This document shows, piece after piece, positions 41,580-49,347 of a DNA stretch of 64,000 bases. A program made the translations under genes and the position numbers. Location: NCBI GenBank assembly GCA_009694955.1, contig SIBZ01000002.1, forward strand, positions 1,418 to 65,417. Reading direction: 5' to 3'. The notes under the pieces are model-generated. The model ran no database searches, had not been told where the DNA came from, and saw only the letters and a program-made list of their open reading frames with translations. Each line of letters begins with the position of its first letter. Positions within the stretch are counted from its first letter, which is position 1. Source of the DNA: Candidatus Tayloriibacteriota bacterium. Lineage in GTDB: Bacteria; Patescibacteriota; Minisyncoccia; Phycocordibacterales; UBA10002.

Positions 41580-42676
41580 AGTTCAAAATCTTTTATACTC
41601 TTCACGACGTATGCGAGCTCTTCGTCGAGGAGCTCCGGGCAGAGCGGTAAAGAAAGAATCTCTGTCGCAAGCATTTCGGTGACCGGTACCGACCCTTTCG
41701 CGTAGCCGAGCTCTGTATATATCGGTTGCATATGAATCGGCACCGGATAGTGTATCCCCGTACTGACCCCTTTTTCTTTGAGAAAGGCTTGGAGTGCGTC
41801 TCGTTTTTTACTCCGGATGACAAACAGATGGCACGCCGACTCCGCTCCAGAAATGACGTCCAAAACCTTAACCGAACTGCCTGAAAGAAGCGCGGTATAC
41901 CGGACAGTGAGTTCCCTTCTCTTTTCAATCCAAGACGGAAGGTGGCGCAATTTAACGCGGAGAATCGCCGCCTGTATGGTATCCAACCGCGAATTCACCC
42001 CCCATGTTATGTAGTGGTCCCGCTGTTTACTACCATACGTTCGGTACATCCGAACCTTTTCCGCAAGTTTCGGGTCGTCCGTCACAACCGCTCCGCCGTC
42101 GCCGTATCCTCCCAAATTCTTACTCGGGAAAAAGCTGAATGCGGCGATGTCGCCGAGTGTCCCCGCACTCTTCCCGTGATAGCGGGCGCCGTGTGCCTGG
42201 CAGGCGTCTTCCACAATTCGCAGGTTGTGTTTTTTGGCAATGGCAATGATTGGGTGCATATCGGCGGGTTGTCCGTACAGATGGACGAGAACAATCGCTT
42301 TGGTACGGAAAGTGATTTTTTCTTCGAGCTTCTTCGCGTCCAGGTTGCATGTCCGCTCATCCACGTCGACAAAGACGGGCACCGCGCCGAGCATTGAAAT
42401 CGTTGTCGCGGTAGACACGAACGAATTGGCAACCGTGATGACCTCATCGTCTTTCGAAATGCCGAGCGCTTTCAAAGATAGGAGAAGCGCGTCCGTACCG
42501 GACGCGACTCCGACGCACTGCTTCGCTCCGCAAAAGGTTGCGAACTCTTCTTCGAACAGTTTGACCTCCTCGCCAAGCACATACGTCCCGCTTGCAAGCA
42601 CGCGCAAAACAGCCTGGTCAATCTCATTCCGGTACCGCTCATAGCTTCTTTTCAGATGTACCAGTTCAATGTTCAT
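41576..42676 (-). CDS. DegT/DnrJ/EryC1/StrS-family sugar aminotransferase
   Basis: ATG at 42676 (MNIELVHLKRSY); the track extension to 42733 was rejected. Has the FFPSKNLG block with the PLP lysine. Confidence 0.9.
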   Translation of the reverse strand: MNIELVHLKRSYERYRNEIDQAVLRVLASGTYVLGEEVKLFEEEFATFCGAKQCVGVASGTDALLLSLKALGISKDDEVITVANSFVSTATTISMLGAVPVFVDVDERTCNLDAKKLEEKITFRTKAIVLVHLYGQPADMHPIIAIAKKHNLRIVEDACQAHGARYHGKSAGTLGDIAAFSFFPSKNLGGYGDGGAVVTDDPKLAEKVRMYRTYGSKQRDHYITWGVNSRLDTIQAAILRVKLRHLPSWIEKRRELTVRYTALLSGSSVKVLDVISGAESACHLFVIRSKKRDALQAFLKEKGVSTGIHYPVPIHMQPIYTELGYAKGSVPVTEMLATEILSLPLCPELLDEELAYVVKSIKDFEL

Positions 42677-42716
42677 ACAATAGCCCTCCAGCCCGCGAAC
42701 GATATGCGCTGTCCGA

Positions 42717-43328
42717 TTACTTTGTCTGCTCAATCGACTCCCACTTCCCTTTTTGCTTCAGGAACAGAGGGTGACTAACGATTAAGTGCCATATAACGGC
42801 TTGGAAACTTTCCGTATGCGGAGTCACGGTATCGGCATTCACCGTGGGCACCACCACACAAGCATCCGCCACCTGCTTCGTATATCCCCCGTCGCGCCCG
42901 ACGATGCCGAGCACCTTCGCCCCGACGCTCTTCGCGTATTTGACTCCCGAGACGATATTGATGCTTATCTTCTTTTCGGCATTTCCCCCTCCGACCGAGA
43001 ACACCAGCACGGCATCTTGTGCGGACAGAAAACTGCCTTTCAGCCATTCGGTCATGACCTCCTCCCATCCGTCATCGTTTACCCGCGCCGAAAATTCCGA
43101 GATATTGTCCATCGGCGTATACGCTTCAATCCCCGCGATTTTCCGGAAGTCGTTCACGGCATGACTCGCGTGCCCCGCACCGCCACCAACGCCGAGAATG
43201 AAAAGTCTTCCGCGCGCGTCCCGCACCGCTTTCAGAAGCTCAATCATCCGTTCAATGGAAGGACGGTCAAGTCCATCTACGACGCGTTTCGTCTCCGCAA
43301 GATATTGTTCTATATAAGGAAGATACAT
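42717..43328 (-). CDS. SIS-domain sugar-phosphate isomerase (divergent from GmhA)
   Basis: ATG at 43328 (MYLPYIEQYL); the track start at 43343 is a TTG. FILGVGGGAGHASHAVNDF and VFSVGGGN are SIS motifs. Confidence 0.75.
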   Translation of the reverse strand: MYLPYIEQYLAETKRVVDGLDRPSIERMIELLKAVRDARGRLFILGVGGGAGHASHAVNDFRKIAGIEAYTPMDNISEFSARVNDDGWEEVMTEWLKGSFLSAQDAVLVFSVGGGNAEKKISINIVSGVKYAKSVGAKVLGIVGRDGGYTKQVADACVVVPTVNADTVTPHTESFQAVIWHLIVSHPLFLKQKGKWESIEQTK

Positions 43329-43335
43329 AGTGGTA

Positions 43336-43364
43336 AGTATCAATGCTCAAGTATCAATTTTCAA
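43336..43364 (-). promoter_or_regulatory. Candidate sigma70-like promoter giving a leaderless or near-leaderless SIS mRNA
   Basis: The minus strand reads TTGAAA-17 nt-GATACT-7 nt-ATG(43328). Confidence 0.35.
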
Positions 43365-43385
43365 ACGAAGACAAGAGAGACCTAC

Positions 43386-43408
43386 TTGATAATTGACACT
43401 TGATAATT
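43386..43408. repeat. 23-nt AT-rich repeat, copy A (TTGATAATTGACACTTGATAATT)
   Basis: Differs at one base from copy B at 62807-62829. Both abut the stop codon of the upstream minus-strand gene. The same spacer also carries two AAGTATCAAT copies (43334-43343 and 43349-43358). Confidence 0.55.
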
Positions 43409-43410
43409 TC

Positions 43411-44133
43411 TTATAAACGGTAACCTGCTTGCTTGCCGTCTTCATAAAACATCTTCACGGTATCGAGTGAAAGTTTTCCGACATCGTAGCCCCACTTTTC
43501 CAATTTTTTCAGAATATCATTCGGCACGGTGATAATATGGCATCCTACTTTCTCCGCCTGCGCGATATTGTGCACTTCGCGCGTACTCGCCCAGAGAAGC
43601 TCTGCTTTTTTATTTTTCGCGAGGAGCGCCTTCGCTTTTTTCATAAGCGGAACAGGGTCCCTCCCCGTGTCTGCAACTCGCCCCGCAAACACTGAGACAA
43701 TGGATGCGGTCTTCGGCGAGAGTGCTTTTGCTGTCGCCTGTACCTGCTGTAGCGTGAGAATCGCGGTTACATTTACTTTGATGCCACGTGATGCCAGTCG
43801 TTTGACAAGTGGAAGCGAAGATTCTCCTTTCGTATTCGTAATCGGAATCTTCACGTATACATGTTCTCCCCAAGAGGCGATAAGCTGTGCCTGCCGTTCC
43901 ATCTCGGAGAAGTCGTCGGAGAACACTTCAAACGAAATCGATTTGTCCGGAATCGCCTCGACAATCTCTTTGGCGAACGCCTTGTAATCCGATACCCCGC
44001 CTTTGTGCATCAGCGTCGGGTTCGTGGTAAAACCTTTGATAAAAGGTTTTTTGGATAGCAGAAGCATTGAGGACTTTTCCGCCCCGTCCGCGAAGATGTG
44101 TATTTTCAACGAGTTAATCTGTGGTATGGCCAT
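43411..44133 (-). CDS. Transaldolase (short FSA/TalC-type)
   Basis: ATG at 44133, 240 aa. FADGA...GFTTNPTL and VKIPIT (Schiff-base Lys region) motifs present. Confidence 0.85.
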   Translation of the reverse strand: MAIPQINSLKIHIFADGAEKSSMLLLSKKPFIKGFTTNPTLMHKGGVSDYKAFAKEIVEAIPDKSISFEVFSDDFSEMERQAQLIASWGEHVYVKIPITNTKGESSLPLVKRLASRGIKVNVTAILTLQQVQATAKALSPKTASIVSVFAGRVADTGRDPVPLMKKAKALLAKNKKAELLWASTREVHNIAQAEKVGCHIITVPNDILKKLEKWGYDVGKLSLDTVKMFYEDGKQAGYRL

Positions 44134-44221
44134 AGTTGCGCACGTATGATAACCGCAGACGCAGGGGAATCATTACGGGGAATGAGCGTCTGTATGCGTG
44201 AGATTGTATACTTTCCGGCCT

Positions 44222-44259
44222 AAATAAACAACAAAAATGGCCGTTGGGTTTCCAACGGC
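44222..44259 (-). terminator. Rho-independent terminator after the orphan gene
   Basis: The minus strand reads GCCGTTGG-AAAC-CCAACGGC (perfect 8-bp stem, 44240-44259) followed by CATTTTTGTTGTTTATTT. It lies 20 nt after the stop at 44279. Confidence 0.7.
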
Positions 44260-44278
44260 ACAGTGTATCTCGGTGACC

Positions 44279-44779
44279 TCAGACAGCGTCAATCTGTTTG
44301 ACTACCGAGACAAGTTCTCTCTCTTCTATCGTGCGCTGGAGACCGAGCCACTCGCTGAGTGAGTGACCTTTTGGGGATTTATGAATGGTTACCCGAGCAT
44401 GGTTCACGAAGGTCTGAACTTGTAGCACATAGTGGACTTGAACTAGTTGTTGCGCTGGCAACTCCTCACAAAGCTCAGTAACTGACTTTCTCACGGGAAA
44501 CCATGCTTCCACTAATCTCCACAAAAACGCCTTCAGTTTGCTTGTTGATACGGACGCGACGGTTGTTGCAATGCACCGACCTTGTGTGTCCAGAAACAGG
44601 AAGTCTTGCTGCATACCGTAATCCATGAATCCGCCTGTCCCTACCTCGAGCAGGAGTTTCCTGTCCACTCGCTCCACTGTCACAGAGACTTCTGACCTCT
44701 GTAGCGATATCCCGAACCTGGAGAGGTGCGGTTCGAGCCAGGGGAACTCTTTGTTGAATGCTTCATTCTTTGGTATCAT
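44279..44779 (-). CDS. Hypothetical protein, 166 aa, no recognisable domain
   Basis: ATG at 44779, preceded by the only canonical AAGGAG seen in the window. Has its own terminator and is flanked by non-coding stretches of 145 and 244 bp. Confidence 0.6.
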   Translation of the reverse strand: MIPKNEAFNKEFPWLEPHLSRFGISLQRSEVSVTVERVDRKLLLEVGTGGFMDYGMQQDFLFLDTQGRCIATTVASVSTSKLKAFLWRLVEAWFPVRKSVTELCEELPAQQLVQVHYVLQVQTFVNHARVTIHKSPKGHSLSEWLGLQRTIEERELVSVVKQIDAV

Positions 44780-44783
44780 TTTT

Positions 44784-44789
44784 CTCCTT
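44784..44789 (-). promoter_or_regulatory. Shine-Dalgarno sequence AAGGAG of the orphan gene
   Basis: The minus strand reads TAAGGAGAAAA-ATG. Confidence 0.5.
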
Positions 44790-45023
44790 ATAGCGACTCC
44801 GCTGTATGTGCATCTTCAAGCATCCCGCCTGAAGAAGGCACGGGTTACATGACTAGACAACCCTCTCATCCCGAGAGCGGTTGTGGCCTCCTTTTATGAA
44901 AGAGCAACCATAATCATCTAAACATATCTGGAGCAATAAGTCAAGTATTCCGAACGGGTTTACGTAGTAGCACCTGAAAAAACACTTTTTTTAAAAGAGC
45001 CTCTAGGAACGGCTGGCGTGATG

Positions 45024-45629
45024 TCAGCGACCCTTTAGAAACACCTTCTCACCCTCGTGCGCGTGAAGGAGATGCGCGAAGATACCGGCAATGGTGGCGA
45101 GGTCTTTGATTTCCCCGCGAAGGATTTTCTGCACAACCTGTGCGGCGGTAAGTATGAGCGTCCCGACTCCCTGCTTTTCGTCCTGCCTGCCAAGCTGGGG
45201 AAGGGGTTTGCAATCAAAGGCGAGGAACAAGTGACACCGGTCGTCAATCCGGTCCGTTTCCGAATAAAAGCCGAATCGGTTAATCCTGACGAGACGTCCG
45301 GGGCGATAACCGGTTTCCTGCGCAAGCTCCATTTTGACAACCGCCTCCGCTTTTTTCTTGGTCTCATACACACCTCCTGCCGATTCGATACTCATACCCG
45401 CTATCGGCCGACATTGCTCTGTCAGCACGAATCGCCCGTCGGTGAGACGAGCCGTGACGGATACGTATCCATTCCCTTTCATCCGTAAGATGAGGAAATT
45501 CTTAATCGTCTTGCCGTTATCAAAATGGACGTTCACCCGATGGGCCGAGAGCCACTTATCGTCGTGCAATACAGCGACAGGCTTAACCGTTCGTTTGCGG
45601 GCAACCGCCGGCGGGGTTCTTTTGGACAT
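45024..45629 (-). CDS. Nudix-fold hydrolase-like protein (degenerate Nudix box)
   Basis: ATG at 45629, 201 aa. GGVYETKKKAEAVVKMELAQETGY resembles GX5EX7REUXEEXGU, but with K and M at the first E and the R positions. Confidence 0.45.
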   Translation of the reverse strand: MSKRTPPAVARKRTVKPVAVLHDDKWLSAHRVNVHFDNGKTIKNFLILRMKGNGYVSVTARLTDGRFVLTEQCRPIAGMSIESAGGVYETKKKAEAVVKMELAQETGYRPGRLVRINRFGFYSETDRIDDRCHLFLAFDCKPLPQLGRQDEKQGVGTLILTAAQVVQKILRGEIKDLATIAGIFAHLLHAHEGEKVFLKGR

Positions 45630-45640
45630 CCGAGTATCAT

Positions 45641-45671
45641 AAAGAAAAAGCGAGGTTTATTCAACCCCGCT
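45641..45671 (-). terminator. Weak intrinsic-terminator-like hairpin after the radical SAM gene
   Basis: The minus strand reads AGCGGGG-TTGAATAAA-CCTCGCT (7 bp including one G.U) followed by TTTTCTTTAT. Confidence 0.4.
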
Positions 45672-45690
45672 CGTGTTGCACACTCGTGCG

Positions 45691-47238
45691 TTATACCGGA
45701 ACAGTGGGAGACGGCGCACCGCTTTCCCAGCGCACTCCCGCGCTTGCCAAAAGACGAGCACTGACGTGTCCCGATTTGTTCATATACTCCCATCCCCAGT
45801 CGCGTAGTTCCACAATCCGCTCTGGTGGCACCACGGTGTTTTCCAACACGCAGTTCTTCCAGTTGAGCCGGTCAGTATCGAAGTCTCCAGCGAGATGCCC
45901 GTGCTCGAGCGCGTACTCGTAGAGCATACTGCCCGGGAACGGAATCGGTATAAGGGGGGTGCAGTTTTCCGCACCGGCCTCCACCAACCGTTTTCCGAGC
46001 TCGAAACTCTGCATCATCTCCTCTTCGGTCTCGTCGGGAAATCCGACCATCATATTGACCGGGCAGGCAATACCGACCGCAACGGTCTTGCGTACCAGCT
46101 CCTCGACATCAAGGGTCGCGTGAGTAAGCTTCCCTGTCGCGTACTTGTTGAGAATGCGCTGTGAAGCCGACTCGACCGGGAACTCGATATGGTCGAAACC
46201 CGCCTCAACCAAGAGTGTCAGAAACTCCTCGTCAATGACGAGCCCCTCGCCTTCGCGCTTCTGGAAATGCGGAAGATTGACCCCGTTCACATCCGCAAGC
46301 GTGAAGCCCATACCGCGGGCTCGCTTGAAGATATCGATGATGCGCTTCTTATGCACAAAGAGCGTGTCATCTTCGAGGTAGAGTTTCGTCGTCCCGAGGG
46401 ACTTCAGCTGTGCAAGCTCGTCCATAACTCGCTCCACGGATTTGAAGCGGAGTGAACCGATACCTCCCCGCTCCTTCGCGTACTTTTTTTCGTGCGAGAT
46501 ATGACAGTAGAGGCAGGAAGCCCAGCATCCGCGCGAAGTCATCACTGGCCGATACCGTTCTCTCTTTGCGGAAAGGACGGCGTGGGGCGATGCAATCCGT
46601 TCGTAGTGAATGACGGGCAACTTTTCCCACGCGGGCATAGGTAATTCGTCGAGATATATGGAAACGTCGGAGGGAGTAACCGGCTCTGTGATGAAGTCAC
46701 CTCCATCGCCGATACGAATGATGCCGGAGACCCCACAAAGGTTCCTTTTTTCTTCCCACTTTTTGACGAGATTCACGATGATGCGTTCACCTTCGGTGAG
46801 GCACACTGCGTCCACACAGCCACTTTTGAGGAAACGCTCGGAAATACTCCTCGCGTTCACTCCTCCCGCGATAACCAAGATGTCTTGCGACACTTCCTTC
46901 GCCAGACGAGCGACGTCGAGCGCCATTCTTGTTTGCGGGGTGAAGTTCGAGCTTATGCCGACCACCGAGTAGCCACCGTTCGCAATCACTTCCCGCAAAC
47001 GTGCTTCACTCATCCCGATGCGGATAAGTCCGTTCTCCTGCATAACCGGTTTGAAAAATGTGTCTTCAAGCCGGTCCGCGTCCGTACCGACCGATGCATC
47101 GAGCACGTCAGTCTCGAAACCGGCTCGTTCAAGCGCGGAAGCGAGGTAGAGAGGTCCCAGTGACCCGTCGGGCCGGGGAGTCTCTACTCTCATCAGTTGA
47201 TTTGGCGGATAAATTAACAGTACTTTGTTTTTTGCCAC
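45691..47238 (-). CDS. B12-binding-domain radical SAM enzyme (class B, probable methyltransferase)
   Basis: GTG start at 47238. The N-terminus KVLLIYPP...GPLYLASALERAGFE is a cobalamin-binding-like Rossmann fold. Radical SAM cluster motif CWASCLYC (CX3CX2C). Confidence 0.85.
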   Translation of the reverse strand: MAKNKVLLIYPPNQLMRVETPRPDGSLGPLYLASALERAGFETDVLDASVGTDADRLEDTFFKPVMQENGLIRIGMSEARLREVIANGGYSVVGISSNFTPQTRMALDVARLAKEVSQDILVIAGGVNARSISERFLKSGCVDAVCLTEGERIIVNLVKKWEEKRNLCGVSGIIRIGDGGDFITEPVTPSDVSIYLDELPMPAWEKLPVIHYERIASPHAVLSAKRERYRPVMTSRGCWASCLYCHISHEKKYAKERGGIGSLRFKSVERVMDELAQLKSLGTTKLYLEDDTLFVHKKRIIDIFKRARGMGFTLADVNGVNLPHFQKREGEGLVIDEEFLTLLVEAGFDHIEFPVESASQRILNKYATGKLTHATLDVEELVRKTVAVGIACPVNMMVGFPDETEEEMMQSFELGKRLVEAGAENCTPLIPIPFPGSMLYEYALEHGHLAGDFDTDRLNWKNCVLENTVVPPERIVELRDWGWEYMNKSGHVSARLLASAGVRWESGAPSPTVPV

Positions 47239-47314
47239 AGATACCCTTGGGTTGATGTGTTGTCCGATTATGAAAGTCTATTGATGGAAACGAACTATCG
47301 TTTCTCAAAGAACA

Positions 47315-47998
47315 TTACATATTTCTATTGACTCTGTCAACGTCCGCGGGAGTCGAGAGGTACAGGTCCGGCTCGCCCATAACCGCGTAGACCGGAAATT
47401 TCTTAAGAAATTGATTTACCATCGACGTCAGGTACCACTCGCGTGTCCGTAGATGCCTTCTCGGCTTACACGCGAAAAGGCGCGCGGAGACGAGTATAAC
47501 GCCTCCGTCAGAAAGGCACGGCGGTGTGCAACCGAAACGTTCTTCGCGGACACCTATAATTCTTCCGTGCGCGTCGAGACGGACTCTCCCGGTCGGAATG
47601 GAGTGCGTGAGGGGGTGGCACAGCCAGCTGTACCGATGAGAAAGGCAGTCGCGCATATTTTGAGAAGACGGAAGTTCATCGCCGTGAATGATAAAGAAAC
47701 GCTCATCCGGATGTGTGAAAAAGTCGCGGGTGAGTAGCACCGCCCGCGCCGGCCCGTCAAAAACGGTTTGCGTGACGTAGTGGACGGCTCTTCCTGTATA
47801 CCGAGTACCGAGGTGTTTCTTGATGGTATCGCCCCGATACCCAACCACGACGATAACGTCGGTCACTTCTTTTGGCAGACTGTCGAAAATATGGTCGAGA
47901 ATCGGCTTCCCCCGCACGACAACGAGCGTCTTCGGGATGCTTGAGGTGAGCCGTCCCATCCTGCTCCCCTTTCCGGCAGCTAAAATAATCGCTTTCAT
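47315..47998 (-). CDS. Sugar-phosphate nucleotidyltransferase
   Basis: MKAIILAAGKGSRMG...IPKTLV. I chose the ATG at 47998; an in-frame ATG at 48013 is an alternative start. Confidence 0.8.
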   Translation of the reverse strand: MKAIILAAGKGSRMGRLTSSIPKTLVVVRGKPILDHIFDSLPKEVTDVIVVVGYRGDTIKKHLGTRYTGRAVHYVTQTVFDGPARAVLLTRDFFTHPDERFFIIHGDELPSSQNMRDCLSHRYSWLCHPLTHSIPTGRVRLDAHGRIIGVREERFGCTPPCLSDGGVILVSARLFACKPRRHLRTREWYLTSMVNQFLKKFPVYAVMGEPDLYLSTPADVDRVNRNM

Positions 47999-48063
47999 GC
48001 CGGTCGTTTTCATGCCGATAACAATAGTCTATTTTATGGTGAGCGCAAGGCGATACGCGTTTG

Positions 48064-48098
48064 CGGATACAAAAAGCCACTTCCCCCGCGGAAGTGGC
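48064..48098 (-). terminator. Rho-independent terminator after the P-loop kinase gene
   Basis: The minus strand reads GCCACTTCC-GCGGG-GGAAGTGGC (perfect 9-bp stem, 48076-48098) followed by TTTTTGTAT. It lies 18 nt after the stop at 48117. Confidence 0.75.
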
Positions 48099-48116
48099 CG
48101 TGACGATAATGCGAGA

Positions 48117-48737
48117 TTACTCCTCGAGAAACGCAAGGAGATTCTCCCAATCGATTTCCTTGTCCGTGTGCACAATGATAGAGGGGAGGTTCCCAAGATT
48201 TGTAGGCGCAGTACGTTCGCGTGCCCAGAATTCATTCCACCCATCCTTCAGGGCATCAATATCATGAGGTTCGCGCCGTGCTTGAATCCTCGCCTGGATG
48301 ACCTCTTTCGGCGCGGTGGCAAAAACTACTTTAAGGTTTACCGAATCCCCAAAGCGCGCTTTGAGTGCCGGAGCCACCACATGCTCAACATACCCCCATT
48401 CAATTTCCTTGGTGTATCCGCCTTCAAGCAGAGCGTGCTTACCCTGCGCGAGAAGGTCCATACCGACCATGAGGAGACAGTGGAGGCTCTGAAGACAAAC
48501 GCGCCTTGAGTAATGTTCCGACCTTCGTGTCCAGATTGTTCCGTTTTCCGGCAGGTAGGGAGCGAGCGTAACCCTCTCTTGATTCCTTCGTTCCCAAATA
48601 AAGGAGTTGATGATGGTGTCTCGGTTCAACACAACGGCATCTTGCGTTCTTTTCGCAATCCCGTGCAGTACCGTCGCCTTCCCGCTTGCCTGTACGCCCG
48701 CGCCCAAGATGAGCGTTGGCTTTTTGAGCGTTCTCAC
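48117..48737 (-). CDS. P-loop (AAA_33/zeta-toxin-like) kinase-fold protein with atypical Walker A
   Basis: GTG start at 48737, preceded by AAAGGA. 206 aa. The Walker A-like segment is GVQASGKAT, with Ala where Ser/Thr normally follows the Lys. Confidence 0.6.
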   Translation of the reverse strand: MRTLKKPTLILGAGVQASGKATVLHGIAKRTQDAVVLNRDTIINSFIWERRNQERVTLAPYLPENGTIWTRRSEHYSRRVCLQSLHCLLMVGMDLLAQGKHALLEGGYTKEIEWGYVEHVVAPALKARFGDSVNLKVVFATAPKEVIQARIQARREPHDIDALKDGWNEFWARERTAPTNLGNLPSIIVHTDKEIDWENLLAFLEE

Positions 48738-48800
48738 TGTGTTCCTTTCTGCGGCATAATGAGCCGCGCTTTCAGTTCTCTGGATGTAGTGATAACACTT

Positions 48801-49346
48801 CTATACCAATCCGTCAAGTATCTGGCCGAACCTCGGGTCGGTAAGCGAAGCAATCCGGTAATCGGCACCGAGTGAGGTGTTGTAGGATGTTGAGAGAAGA
48901 ATACTCTTGCATCCGGCGGAAGTTGCCGCTCCGGTGTCGTACTCGGTATCTCCGAGCATACACGACTTCGAAAGGTCTATGTCCCATTTCTTCGCCGCTT
49001 GAAGCAACAGTCCGGGTTTGGGCTTTTTGCAGTCACACCCTTCTTCCCTGCCGTGGAAGCAGATAAAAATATCGTCAAACGGAAGCTTCGCAACCTCTGC
49101 TTGTATAGAGTCGAAATCTTCCTGTGTTATTTCTCCATAGTGAATATCCGGCTGATTGGTCGCGAGAATCGCAAGAAACCCGCGGTCACGCGCCGTTTGA
49201 ATTGCCTCATTTGCTCCCGGTATAATACCGCTCTGCTCTCTAAACTCCGCGATGCTTTGCGGAGCCTCCATCCTCCCCTTTTTGCAAAGCATCTTCAGTA
49301 TGACGCCGTCGCGGTCAAAAAATACCGCTTTTCTTTTGTTTGTCAT
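48801..49346 (-). CDS. gmhB: HAD-IIIA phosphatase, D-glycero-D-manno-heptose-1,7-bisphosphate phosphatase type
   Basis: ATG at 49346. FFDRDGVI, ATNQPDI and the Zn-finger-like CFHGREEGCDCKKPKPG motifs present. Confidence 0.8.
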   Translation of the reverse strand: MTNKRKAVFFDRDGVILKMLCKKGRMEAPQSIAEFREQSGIIPGANEAIQTARDRGFLAILATNQPDIHYGEITQEDFDSIQAEVAKLPFDDIFICFHGREEGCDCKKPKPGLLLQAAKKWDIDLSKSCMLGDTEYDTGAATSAGCKSILLSTSYNTSLGADYRIASLTDPRFGQILDGLV

Positions 49347-49347
49347 C

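Noticed and set aside
44816-44869. AAAGGAGG (44887-44894, minus strand) followed by a 17-codon ORF upstream of the orphan gene
   Set aside because: The SD-to-ATG distance is 17 nt, which is too long. The ORF is tiny and has no supporting feature. I treat it as part of the orphan gene's 5' leader.
47287-47304. Perfect 7-bp hairpin GAAACGA-ACTA-TCGTTTC, 10 nt after the nucleotidyltransferase stop
   Set aside because: It has no adjacent T-tract on the minus strand and a short stem. This is not enough to call a terminator. It may be a minor mRNA-stabilising structure.
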